A stretch of DNA of 61,999 nt, the filler included, from a bacterium (GTDB lineage: Bacteria; UBP15; UBA6099; JAJRTR01): assembly GCA_024278215.1 (NCBI GenBank). It is 5 parts of 5 records of this genome, joined end to end, with 100 filler letters (N's around TTAATTAATTAA, not from the genome) between each part and the next. Parts side by side here need not be neighbours in the genome. Positions count along the whole stretch, not along the records: positions 43,999 to 55,268 come from JAJRTR010000166.1; positions 55,369 to 61,999 come from JAJRTR010000168.1; 3 more parts are not named here. One strand, 5' to 3'. The notes beneath the pieces are model-generated. The model had not been told where the DNA came from. It saw only the letters and a program-made list of their open reading frames with translations, and searched no databases. Position numbers and translations under genes: made by a program. Shown here one piece after another: positions 49,444 to 60,300 of this stretch (positions are counted from its first letter, which is position 1; each line of letters begins with the position of its first letter).

Positions 49444-49851
49444 TCACTTTGTTGAAGATTGCGTTTTAGATGATTTCCACGACGGCTGGAACGGGGCGGA
49501 ACTATCCTTTAATGAAAACGGCCAGACCATACCGGCCTGGGTCCGGTCATGCCCAAAAAGATATGTGGCAATCTGACCACTGAAGTTAAACCAAAGCGGA
49601 TAGCTGAGCGCCGTTGGTATCGCCACAGCGATGGGAACCGTTACTGCGGGAAAGAGCCCGAACCACGGTTCGATGACTCCAAGTCCGGCCATCAGGATAT
49701 TGCCCCAGAAAATCGCTGTGATACTAGATAAAAGGAAAAACCACCAGTCGGGATTCTTCCTTCTCAAGCGTTTCGCGTAAATCATCGCCAATATGAACCC
49801 CGCAATTATTACTGCCGGAATATCAAAAACACACATTTCCATCACAGCCAC
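49444..49851 (-). CDS. Small membrane protein
   Basis: Three hydrophobic segments; overlaps upstream SDR stop. Confidence 0.65.
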   Translation of the reverse strand: MAVMEMCVFDIPAVIIAGFILAMIYAKRLRRKNPDWWFFLLSSITAIFWGNILMAGLGVIEPWFGLFPAVTVPIAVAIPTALSYPLWFNFSGQIATYLFGHDRTQAGMVWPFSLKDSSAPFQPSWKSSKTQSSTK

Positions 49852-50933
49852 CCCCTCTCACGACACCACGTTATATAATCCCATACGCCTTTTCGCGGAT
49901 CCTCATAGATGAATTCAAATCCAAGATCTTTTATTTTCTTATTTAAAAACCAGTACTGGTGTGTCAGGTACTCAACCATCGGCACGTCTATCTTTGGGCG
50001 CGTGCCGAGCTTGCGAGCTTTGCGGTCAAGTCTTGATATGAACCAAAGGGAAATTTTCGCGAATGCCTTGTACATCAGCCACAACACCGGAACCCTGATA
50101 GTATGCTCGAGACCCAGCGCCCGCGCCGAAAACTCCATCCACTCACTCTGCTGAATGCAGTCGCTCAATACATTGTACGCCTGCCCGACAGCTTCTTCTT
50201 TATCTGTTACGAAAAGTGCTGCTCGCACCAGGTCCGTCACGTGCACCGACGGCATCATAAGTGTTTTGCTTTTTGGATAAAAAGAAACCGATACACCCGT
50301 ACCGATTTTCTTTATTCCATAAAGGATATGATATACACCATACCTGTGCCGCGGTCCGTATATCGGCGCAGGCCTGATAATAGTCAGCGGAAGCCCCTTT
50401 TCCTCATACATCGCAAGCAGCACTTTCTCCTGCTCCATCTTGGACTTCGAGTAATCGTTCCCCGGAGCATAAGGCGCAGTCTCATCGGAAGGCACTTCAT
50501 GAGGCGCACCGTACACTCCATCCGTGCTCCAGTGAACAAATCGTCCGACACCATGTTCGACCACCAGTTCAGCGAGGTTGCGCGTACCTTCAACATTTAT
50601 CTTGTACAGAACATCCCACTTCGCGAAATAATCATAAAGAGATGCTGTGTGGAAGATTGCATCGTAGGGTTCACAATCGAACAGAGGCTTCAGAGATTCC
50701 TTGTCTGTAAGGTCTGCGGTAATGAACTTTATCCCCATATCCCGGACAAAGTCCTCATACATCATCGGGTGCAGATCGCCGTTTTCACAATAATATTCCT
50801 TATGCAGATTGCCAGTAAGGTCCGTTCCCGTAACATCCCAGCCATTTTCCACCAGCAATTCAACCATGTGCGTTCCGGTGAATCCGCATGCACCTGTGAC
50901 AAGCGCTCTTTTCGGCATTATCTTCACTCCCAC
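49842..50933 (-). CDS. Extended SDR (NAD-dependent epimerase/3-beta-HSD-like)
   Basis: VTGACGFTG, YSKSK, RPAPIYGP; paralog of 47191-48255. Confidence 0.9.
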   Translation of the reverse strand: MGVKIMPKRALVTGACGFTGTHMVELLVENGWDVTGTDLTGNLHKEYYCENGDLHPMMYEDFVRDMGIKFITADLTDKESLKPLFDCEPYDAIFHTASLYDYFAKWDVLYKINVEGTRNLAELVVEHGVGRFVHWSTDGVYGAPHEVPSDETAPYAPGNDYSKSKMEQEKVLLAMYEEKGLPLTIIRPAPIYGPRHRYGVYHILYGIKKIGTGVSVSFYPKSKTLMMPSVHVTDLVRAALFVTDKEEAVGQAYNVLSDCIQQSEWMEFSARALGLEHTIRVPVLWLMYKAFAKISLWFISRLDRKARKLGTRPKIDVPMVEYLTHQYWFLNKKIKDLGFEFIYEDPRKGVWDYITWCRERGWL

Positions 50934-51002
50934 ATCAATTTTCTACTCAATTGCTTCCCATTTGAAAAAGCATCTTCCAACTACGCAATCGTATTTCTAA
51001 AT

Positions 51003-51126
51003 CTGTAACTGTTCACGGGGAATGCCCGTGAATATTTTGGAGTGCAGCGACTGTGTCGTTGCATATACGGAGCCACTATAGTAATGAAAAGGTGCATTTC
51101 GCAAAAACTGACGTTTTTGCATTCCA
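51003..51126 (-). repeat. ~120-bp repeat family C
   Basis: Reverse complement of 43659-43779. Confidence 0.75.
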
Positions 51127-51795
51127 AAGTTTTCCCGATAGTGCCGGTCAAGCACAAAAAGCGAGTCTGTGATTTTGAGCAAATCTATAAATCATCAGTC
51201 GCATAAAGCTGTTTTATCAACTCCCCTGTGAATGGTTACCTAAATCTGTTTTCAATCTTGCCACCTTGCATACCTGTCGTTATTATTCTTACCTATTGTC
51301 TGTTTTCAGACCGTTAGTATGTTTAACTTATCACAAAGATAATTGCAATACAATAACATCAGAAAGTTTTTTTTCAAAGAGTGTGCGATATGAAGACTAC
51401 GTAGTGCCAGAACGGAAACCCCGCGAACCCCGATCACAACTGGTGCCAGGCTCCGAGAAGGCAGATGATGATATTTGACTCGTAGCGATTGAAAGCCTGT
51501 GAGAATGGTAATGCAGATATGATTCGTGTGCGAAATAAGTCATTTTCAAAAACAATGTTTTTGTTAAAGTCGGTCAAGATGCATTTAAAATGCTGAACGC
51601 ACGTTCGTTATAGTCGATCATTGTTGGTTGACAATTATCATCTTCAACTTATTACACACGAATATAGTATTACACAATATCATTATCCTCAGACGCACTT
51701 TTTAATTGTTGTTCACCAGAATCATCTTCAATGATACAATACACTATGGGAAAATTACTGTTATGAAAATCACCGGAAAAAAAAGGGAGGCACAA

Positions 51796-53226
51796 ATGGC
51801 AAAAAAGAAGAACAGATCGACGGCGGCCATAATTAAATATGACTATACGAATATGACGGATAGCGCAATAGGAGCAAGACACGGAATAACTGAAAAGCAA
51901 ATAGAAAAAACAATGCCTCACGCGCAGGAAGTCCACAGGCGGCGCGTTGCGGAACGCAAAGCTGGCAAGCTCCCGTTCATGGACCTTCCCTACAAGATAA
52001 ATGAGGCGTCGGATATTGCCGGATTCGCAAAAAGCACAGCGGAAAAATTCGACAATGTCGTTGTTCTCGGCATCGGCGGATCGGCGCTGGGCACGATATG
52101 CCTCCAGAGCGCGCTCAATCCTGCTTTTCATAATCTGAAGGACAACAGGAAAAGAAAAGCACCCCGTCTTTTTGTTGAAGATAATATCGACCCTGAACGA
52201 CTCGCCGACATGCTCGATGTCCTCGATCCTAAAAAAACACTTTTCAATGTAATATCAAAATCAGGCTCGACCGCCGAAACGATGAGCGCGTTTCTCGTCG
52301 CCCGCAATTTCATAAAAAGAACACTTGGCCCCGCCGCTGTAAAGGACCACATCGTCGCGACTACCGATGTGTCAAAAGGTGTTCTGAGGGACATCGCCGA
52401 CAGCGAAGGACTCAGGAGTTTCATCGTACCCGACGGAGTCGGCGGCAGATTTTCAGTGCTCACACCTGTCGGGCTTCTCCCGGCGGCTCTAGTCGGAATC
52501 GACATCCTGAAGCTGCTCGAAGGCGCAGCCATCATGGACAAAAGGTGCAGGTCCGCCTCCCCCGCAAAGAATCCCGCACTGATGGCCGCCCTGCTTCAAT
52601 ATATTGCACTGACCCGCAAAGGCAAGAGCATACAGGTCATGATGCCCTATGCGAACGCACTGCGTGATGTTGCCGACTGGTTCCGACAGTTATGGGCGGA
52701 GAGTCTCGGCAAAAAGTATTCGCTGGACGGCAAAGTCGTCAATAGCGGCCAGACACCGGTCAAAGCTCTTGGTGCCACTGACCAGCATTCTCAGGCACAA
52801 TTGTACATGGAAGGCCCCAACGACAAGACAATCACCTTCCTGCGTGTCGAAAACTTCAGGAAAGATGTGAAAATACCCGGCGGCTATTCGAAAACCGAAG
52901 GGCTTTCATATCTCGCCGGTCACACTTTCGGCGAGCTGATACGTGCCGAGCAGGCGGCGACACAGATCGCAATTACGGACAACAATCGCCCCAACTCCAC
53001 GATAATACTCCCTGAGATAAGCCCGGCGACAATCGGGCAACTTCTTTACATGCTGGAAATTGAGACGTCATACATGGGGCTGTTGCTGAACATAGACGCA
53101 TTCGACCAGCCGGGTGTCGAAGCAGGCAAAGTGGCCGCCTACGCGCTCATGGGCCGGGCAGGTTTCGAAAAACGCGCCGCCGAAATAAATAAAGAAGCGG
53201 CGAAGGTGAAAAGAAAAATAATATGA
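51796..53226 (+). CDS. pgi: Glucose-6-phosphate isomerase
   Basis: LGIGGSALG, ISKSGSTAET, VGGRFSVLT, QLWAESLGK, DQHSQ, FDQPGVEAGK; GGAGG before ATG at 51796. Confidence 0.96.
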   Translation: MAKKKNRSTAAIIKYDYTNMTDSAIGARHGITEKQIEKTMPHAQEVHRRRVAERKAGKLPFMDLPYKINEASDIAGFAKSTAEKFDNVVVLGIGGSALGTICLQSALNPAFHNLKDNRKRKAPRLFVEDNIDPERLADMLDVLDPKKTLFNVISKSGSTAETMSAFLVARNFIKRTLGPAAVKDHIVATTDVSKGVLRDIADSEGLRSFIVPDGVGGRFSVLTPVGLLPAALVGIDILKLLEGAAIMDKRCRSASPAKNPALMAALLQYIALTRKGKSIQVMMPYANALRDVADWFRQLWAESLGKKYSLDGKVVNSGQTPVKALGATDQHSQAQLYMEGPNDKTITFLRVENFRKDVKIPGGYSKTEGLSYLAGHTFGELIRAEQAATQIAITDNNRPNSTIILPEISPATIGQLLYMLEIETSYMGLLLNIDAFDQPGVEAGKVAAYALMGRAGFEKRAAEINKEAAKVKRKII

Positions 53227-53228
53227 CA

Positions 53229-53298
53229 GAGCCAACTGCAAACTCTGATTCTGCTATGGTCGGCTACAATTGTCCATAGCTGCGTTGTCGGCACAAAA
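53229..53298 (+). mobile_element. MITE family A, copy 7 (5' fragment)
   Basis: GAGCCAACTGCAAACTCTGATTCTGC...GTCGGCACAAAA then diverges. Confidence 0.75.
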
Positions 53299-53335
53299 GT
53301 GGGTTTACACAAAAAGCAGGTAATTTCAAAATAAG

Positions 53336-54928
53336 TTAATGCTTCGCTCCGGGGTCTTTCAGAGTATAGACTTTCTTTTTCACGAAGGTATCTAATACTT
53401 TCTTGTCAAGGCGGCCCGCCTTGACTTCTTCTTCGAGGATTTTGAGTGAACGAGCAACAGGGATAGCAGGCTTGTAGGGCCGGTCCTGCGCTGTCAGGGC
53501 ATCATAGACATCCACGAGCCCGAGAATGCGGCCCTGCAAACTTATTTCGTCGCCTTTCAACCCTTTAGGGTATCCGCTGCCGTCAAGCCGTTCGTGGTGC
53601 ATCACTGCGATTTCAGGCACTCGCTTAAGACGCCTCGAAAACGGTATGCTGCTGAGTATCTTATAGCTGCTCTCGACATGGGCGTTCATTATTTTCCGCT
53701 CACTAACCGTCAGGTTGCCGCGCGGTACTCTAAGTTTTCTCATCTCTTCAGCATATAGATATTTTCGTCGCCGCCCCAGCGCGTTTTTGAATGTTTTCCT
53801 GCCTATTCTTTCCAGATGGTTCTTTTCTTCAGGCGACAGGAAGCCGGGCTTGTTTATTCTTTCAATAAAAGTGAAATCATCTCCGACTTCTTCTATACAT
53901 TCCTTCATTCTCTTTTCCAGCTTTTCTATATAACCGGCGCTATCGTTCTTCTTTCCCGCTTTACTCATTTTTACGAGACTCGATGATACGACCGAAAGTT
54001 TTATTCCTTCGAACCGCTCGCGCACTTTTTCCAGTTCGTCCGGGAAAAGCTTGTTCTCCTTGGTGAGAATATTTTCGCGGACACCGATTTTCCCGACATC
54101 ATGGAGCCATGCCGCGTATTCCAGTTCCTTAAGTTCATCGTCCGTAAAACAACCAAGTTCTCTTGCGAGAGCTGCCGCATACAAGGCAACACGCCTCGAG
54201 TGTCCTGCTGTGGCCGGGTCCCGTTCGTCGATCGCACTTGCGGAAAAACGCACTACCGAGTCGAACAGGTCCGCGACTTCCTTGTACAGTGTAGCGTTTT
54301 CAATTGCCACGGCGGCCTGTGAAGCCAGTGACATCAGGATTTTCTGGTCACGCACCGAAAACGGCACGACCTGCCAGTCGTCCACCTTGTTTATAAGCTG
54401 CACTGCGCCGCTCACCGTTCCATCGTGCCCAACCATCGGCACTGTCAGCATCGATCTTGTACGCAGCCCTGTTTTCTTGTCGATGCTTTTGTTGAATGAG
54501 TACGGCTCATCTTCAGGAATCACATATACATCACCGATATTGAGAGGTACACATTCGAGCGCGACATAACCGGCTATGCTCTTGTCATTGATCGGCAACC
54601 GTATTTCCTTAAGCTGCTTGCTGTCGACAACGTGAAAATACAGTTCGTCGGTTTCCTTGTCAACAAGATAGAGTGTGCCCTTCTGCGCTTTCAGCAAGCT
54701 CTTTGCCTCGTCAATAATTCTTGTCAGAAGTGAAAAAAGATCAATCTCGGAACTGATGGCGACACCGACATCGAGCAATCGTGTAGAGAGGTTCTGCAGG
54801 TCTTCAAGCTCCTTCTGCACATCGCGAATATGCACCTCGAGTTCTTTAAAATGCTTCCTGAACTCATTTATCGGATCAAGCCCGGGCGCCTGCAAATAAT
54901 CAATCTTTTCTTTTATTTCTTTTGTCAT
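53336..54928 (-). CDS. GAF + HD-GYP phosphodiesterase
   Basis: GAF (SIAGYVA, TRSMLTVPM, LASQAAVAIEN); TAGHSRRV, LHDVGKIG, HHERLDGSGYP, RPYK. Confidence 0.92.
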   Translation of the reverse strand: MTKEIKEKIDYLQAPGLDPINEFRKHFKELEVHIRDVQKELEDLQNLSTRLLDVGVAISSEIDLFSLLTRIIDEAKSLLKAQKGTLYLVDKETDELYFHVVDSKQLKEIRLPINDKSIAGYVALECVPLNIGDVYVIPEDEPYSFNKSIDKKTGLRTRSMLTVPMVGHDGTVSGAVQLINKVDDWQVVPFSVRDQKILMSLASQAAVAIENATLYKEVADLFDSVVRFSASAIDERDPATAGHSRRVALYAAALARELGCFTDDELKELEYAAWLHDVGKIGVRENILTKENKLFPDELEKVRERFEGIKLSVVSSSLVKMSKAGKKNDSAGYIEKLEKRMKECIEEVGDDFTFIERINKPGFLSPEEKNHLERIGRKTFKNALGRRRKYLYAEEMRKLRVPRGNLTVSERKIMNAHVESSYKILSSIPFSRRLKRVPEIAVMHHERLDGSGYPKGLKGDEISLQGRILGLVDVYDALTAQDRPYKPAIPVARSLKILEEEVKAGRLDKKVLDTFVKKKVYTLKDPGAKH

Positions 54929-55136
54929 ATTTGATTCATCGCCATATCAACTTAATATTCCGAAGCCGCACAAAATCCTTTTTTGTTTTACGAACATAAT
55001 TTACTCTTAATGTCAATTGTATGTTTTTGACGCAAAAATCGCAATCAATGTTAAGGTTTTTATGAAAGATTGTTGTCACAGCACGACCGAATGCTATGTG
55101 TGAAGTGTGAGATTCCGGTCTTCTGCCGACAGCTAT

Positions 55137-55161
55137 CCCGCATATTTCACCCCAATGTGGG
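55137..55161 (-). repeat. REP-like palindrome (family P)
   Basis: CCCGCATATTTCACCCCAATGTGGG. Confidence 0.7.
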
Positions 55162-55268
55162 CTATTCCCCACTCGGCACAGGAAAGCTTTTCATGAAGCT
55201 GTTCTTGATGAGATACTGGAAGAAAGGGTCGTTTCGAGCCGTGGCCGTCGAAATCCGAGGGGGTATTA

Positions 55269-55368
55269 NNNNNNNNNNNNNNNNNNNNNNNNNNNNNNNN
55301 NNNNNNNNNNNNTTAATTAATTAANNNNNNNNNNNNNNNNNNNNNNNNNNNNNNNNNNNNNNNNNNNN
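55269..55368. other. Artificial contig linker
   Basis: N44-TTAATTAATTAA-N44. Confidence 0.97.
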
Positions 55369-55370
55369 AG

Positions 55371-55727
55371 GGGCTGGGCGCGCGCGGCGAAAAGCTTGCC
55401 GTGAAAGACATGAAAAAACAGGGCTTTGTCATACTTGAAACAAACTTCAATTGCACTATGGGCGAGATCGACATAATAGCGCGTAAAAACGATCTATTGG
55501 TGTTCGCGGAGGTGAAAACGAGGGCATCGAAAAATTTCGGACCGCCCGAGCTGGCAGTAAACCACACGAAACAGAAAAAAATCACCAGAATCGCTAAATA
55601 TTACATTAAAAACAAGAAACTCCATAAACTAAACTGTCGTTTCGATGTCTATGCCGTCACTTTCGACGAAAAACAGCGACCGCGGATAAAACATATCCCT
55701 TCAGCTTTCAGCGCGGTGGCGCGGTAA
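55371..55727 (+). CDS. yraN: YraN (UPF0102) family protein, start lost at contig edge
   Basis: LGARGEKLA, GEIDIIA, LVFAEVKTR, CRFDV. Confidence 0.9.
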   Translation, partial: GLGARGEKLAVKDMKKQGFVILETNFNCTMGEIDIIARKNDLLVFAEVKTRASKNFGPPELAVNHTKQKKITRIAKYYIKNKKLHKLNCRFDVYAVTFDEKQRPRIKHIPSAFSAVAR

Positions 55728-55819
55728 CTGTTCTTGCAGATGCCGCTTCCGTGAACAATTCCCTTTTATGATTCCCAACACGTTTTATACTATTGAACAG
55801 TGGTATAATACAGATATAG

Positions 55820-55842
55820 CCCGCATATTTCACCAATGCGGG
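55820..55842 (-). repeat. REP-like palindrome (family P)
   Basis: TAG-CCCGCATATTTCACCAATGCGGG-CTA. Confidence 0.8.
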
Positions 55843-56058
55843 CTAAAAATCGGGAGAATGCCTGTAATACAAGGCGTGGCAAGTGAGTGGTGAGGGAGCA
55901 TACTGTTAGTATGTGACCGATCCCGAATCGCTGCCGCAACGAAGTAGAACAGGCGTTATCGCGAATTTCCGGATTTCTTTGTGAGAAATCCGGGATGCTG
56001 ATAGTACACGCGCGGTTGTCAGAACAGAGAGCCGATAACAACAAAGGGGGCGGATGTC

Positions 56059-56772
56059 ATGGGGAAGAAAGCAAAACAGGCAGGTGCAGGTTTCTTCAGC
56101 GAACATTTTATGCCGTTTAAAACTAAAGAGAAAAAGAATTACAGGATAGGTAAAAAGACGTATAGCTGGCTGCTGGACAAAGAAAACAGAAAACGCCTGA
56201 GCTACCTGACGGAGAAGGACATGGAGAGGCTCGCGGGTAAGTATTTCCTGAAGAAAGTCGAGTTCGACGATGGAAAATGCTACATAGTAAAACCCGAAAT
56301 AGAAAGAAATATTCTGGTGAGATTCTACCAGGAGAAGGAAGAGGAAAGCGGCGAAAGGATAGAACGCACGCTTCGCGACAGCGTGCCGCTTCGCGACGAT
56401 GATCTGCTGGAGCGATACAGGATAAGCGCGGCCGCTGTGGAGCTGATAACAGGAGACGATTCCGATGAGCTGGAACTCAACCCGGATTCAGTGGTGGATT
56501 TTATTCCCCAGGTGATGATAATTGACGCACTGTTCGACGGCAGAGTGAAGATGTATCTCGACGAGGATTATTTTGTGATAATAACGGCAGATGAGGACTA
56601 CAGCGACAAAGATGTATTCACGCTATATGCGGAAAGTCCTCTGCCCGGTACTGAAGTTCCTATCGGCGAACTGGATGTAAAGGAAAAAACTGCGATAATA
56701 GGAATGTACCGCGACGAAGTGGTGGGAACAGGCCACGATTTTTCTGAAAGAATAAATAAGATAAAGGAATGA
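56059..56772 (+). CDS. Hypothetical protein (basic N-half, acidic C-half)
   Basis: 237-codon ORF with purine-rich SD; no recognised motif. Confidence 0.65.
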   Translation: MGKKAKQAGAGFFSEHFMPFKTKEKKNYRIGKKTYSWLLDKENRKRLSYLTEKDMERLAGKYFLKKVEFDDGKCYIVKPEIERNILVRFYQEKEEESGERIERTLRDSVPLRDDDLLERYRISAAAVELITGDDSDELELNPDSVVDFIPQVMIIDALFDGRVKMYLDEDYFVIITADEDYSDKDVFTLYAESPLPGTEVPIGELDVKEKTAIIGMYRDEVVGTGHDFSERINKIKE

Positions 56773-57389
56773 AAAAGCGGGGAAAAGTGTGCAATATGTT
56801 GCGCTGCGCGGCGCTCATGGTGCTGAAGATTGCACGAAAAGAATGGAAGTAATGTTTCGCGGCAAGGTCGCTTGTGGACGTATGTCCTGGTTTCAGGAAA
56901 TAAACGCTGTTTTCGCAGTGCTGATTTTATCGGGTTGTTGGTGACATCCGGAAATCGTGTGGATATACACTATATGTGGTGGTATCACATTAGAGCCGTG
57001 TTTACTACAAAACTCACCGTTTCCCGGCAATTTTAGAAGATTGCCGGACGGTGGAGTTGTGGAAAACACTCAAAGAAGTACACATAATCGAGATTTTTCG
57101 ACGCTTTACGTACACCGGCCCGAAAAGAGTAAACCACCACATATTGGGGTGCCCACTCAAAACCCGGAAGTGCGTGTTGTTGGAAGTTCTAACCCGTTTC
57201 ATACACGTCCGGATTCCAGGAATACATTTCCTTATCCACAGCGACTTTTCATGAGTGTTTTCTGCCCGGCGATCGGTTCGGGCAGAATATTGAGATTGAT
57301 AATGAGGCGGATTTTTTCATGGCACAAAAATTGCTGAACTGAACCGCATAAAGAAGATGTAAAAACACTATCAAAAACAGGAAAATGAT

Positions 57390-60300
57390 ATGGGAAAAGA
57401 CAACAGAGATTCGACACCGGGGACATTGAGGAAGATCAGGGATATAGTGAGGTCGCGGCCTGTGGCGTCGCTGCTGACGGCGTTGCTGTTATTGTATGCG
57501 ACAGCGGCGACGGTAAGCCGTGCGGCAACGAAAAGCTGGCCTTTCGACGACAGCGCGAAATATGTTTATGATTCGTTGAACATTGATGTCGCGGGCAGCG
57601 TGGCAGACCTTGTAACCCAGGACTGGTGGAACAATGCGTGGCAGTACCGGAGAAAAATCGTCGTCGACAACACGGCGGGCACAGCGCAGACGAATTTCCA
57701 AGTGCTTGTCGAACTCGACTCGAGCAGTTTCGATTTTGCAAGCGCGCAGGTAAACGGAGAAGACATAAGGTTTATCAACGGCACAAACGATACGGTATAT
57801 GATTACTGGCGCGAGGATTTCGACGCGGCTAGTGAGACGGCAAAGTTATGGGTGAACATACCCACGCTGCCAGCCGCGGCGACGATGGCGATGTATATCT
57901 ATTACGGCAACGCTGCCGCACCCGACGGAAGCGACTATACGAGTGTTTTTTATTATGTCGGCGAAATCGGATTCAGCAACCAGGACCCGATATCGGGGAC
58001 ATGGACGGCGATAACATACACGAATGCGTTTTCAGCGACGCCGGTGGTAGTGAATACGATACAGACGGCAGTCGACTATCCACAGCCCAGCGACAACACG
58101 AACACTGTGGGACCGATAACGGGGACAAATTGCGGCGGTAGCGACGGACTGGCCGACGGCACGGCCGAGCCGCGTGTGCGAAACATCACCACGAACGGGT
58201 TCGAATACAGGATGTATGTGAAGTCACTGGACTGCGACAATATACACGGGACCGAGAAACTGGCGTGGATGGCGCTGCTGCCCGGCACGCATGTAATCGG
58301 TGATCGCGTTGTCCGGGTTTTCACCACGAACATAGGTGGCGGAACTGAGAATTACACAACAGTCTCTTATGGTTATACGTTTTCGGACAACCCGGTTGTG
58401 CTGCCGCAACTCCAGAGCAATAACGAGACAGGGCCGGCCAGTATCAGGCTGAGGAATAAGAGCAATTCGGACATCGACGTGAAAATAGAAGAGGCCGGGG
58501 AGACCGCGCACGCTGTGGAGAGCGCGGGCATGGTGGTCTGGGACCAGGCGGGCTTTGACGATATTATGGGCGCGAATCTCGGGCCGGACCTCGAGGGTGA
58601 AGTGGGCAGCACGAATGTCGGCGCGGTGCAGCATATTTTCCAGTCGTCCACATTTCAGCACACCTTCACTATTCCGGCGGCGGTGCTGTTCAAAGTCCAG
58701 AACGACAACGGCGGAAACAATATCCACGAACGTTTGCGGAATATAACGACGACCGGATTCGAGCAGGCGTGTTCGGAGAATTTCTACGCCATTCCGAATT
58801 CTTATGACGGCAACCACTACAACGACGAAGGCGGCTCGTTCATTGGAATATCGAATAAGAACGGGCCCGTGGGATATGATTACCGAAAAAAGATAACGAT
58901 AGACAACACAGGCGGCGGCGCGCTGACGGATTTCAATATGCAGATCGACCTGACATCGGCGAACTTCTCCGACGGGTTCGCAAACGCGAAGGCGGACGGC
59001 AGCGACATAATGTTCACAGCCGCCGACGGGTACACGATGCTGGGTTACTACTACAACCCGGCCAACTACGACCCGGTCGGCGAGACGGCCACATTCATGG
59101 TACATCTGCCGTCGGTACCGGCAAATGGAACACTTGATATTTACATATATTACGGCAATGCAGACGCGATATCGTATTCCGATTCCACATATTCGTCATT
59201 GACAAAAATAATCGGTGAGGCGGGTGTGACGGCGGATGCTGTTCTTGGATCGACCAACGGCTGGTATTCGGTGACATTCGCAAACACATATTCCTCCCCG
59301 CCTGTCGTGGTGGCGAGTATGAACAGGGACGACGGGGGCGATCCGTCACACACGAGAATCAGAAACGTGACGACTACCGGTTTCGAGGTCGTGGTGGAAG
59401 AATCCGTGGACAAGGACGGCGCACACACTTCTGAAGCCGTGGGCTGGATCGCAATGGTGGAAGGCTCATATACGATAGACGGCACGAGGTTCGACGCGTG
59501 GCGGCAGAACAATGTGGACGACAATTACGATACGGTGGCCTATCCCGGCGGGAATATCTCGCCGTCGCCGGCAGTGATCGCGACGCAGGAGACAAACAAC
59601 AACACTTTCAAAGCGGGTTCGTCCCATACGCGAATAAAAAACGTAGGCGTGGCTTCATTCGATATCGCCGTCGAGCTTTGCGACAACTCTGTGGGTGCGC
59701 TGAATAATGAAACGATCATGATAATCGCGGCACAAAGAAAAGATTACGACTCGGGCAGCGGCGGTGCCGGTTCTTACTCGGTTATCTCCGCAACCAGGGA
59801 CAGCACATACGCAACGATAAATCATCCGTTTGCTTTCTCCGGGGCTCCTGCCGTTGTGCCGCAGATCATGACAGAGAACAATGGGGAAGCTTCACACATC
59901 AGGGTACGCAACTCCGGCACCACCAGCTTCCAGTGGATGATCGAAGAGGCCTACAATCTCGACCAGGTTCATCCCAATGAAACGCTCGGAAATATTGCGT
60001 TTGCCCAGGGCAACATTACCGTAACAACACCGCCGCCCGTGCCGTACCCGACAGCATCATTCGCCGCGCAGGAGAATGTCAATAATAAAATCATCCTGTA
60101 TGCCCGCAAGTATCAGGCAACAACCCCTTCGATCACGATCGACAATGTGGAAATCTATAACAGGGACCCATGGATTACTCCGATAGAGGTCTTCACGGTT
60201 TCGTTCGACCAGGTGAATTCATTCACCGAAACTCTCGGCGCCGGCACAGGCAACGTGAGGTACCAGGTATCCAACGATTTCACCAACTGGTACTATGTGG

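Noticed and set aside
43659-51126. Composite transposon bounded by inverted family C repeats
   Set aside because: The two copies are on different contigs, so their relative orientation is arbitrary; no transposase present
12453-55368. Four identical TTAATTAATTAA motifs within N runs
   Set aside because: Artificial contig-joining linkers with six-frame stops
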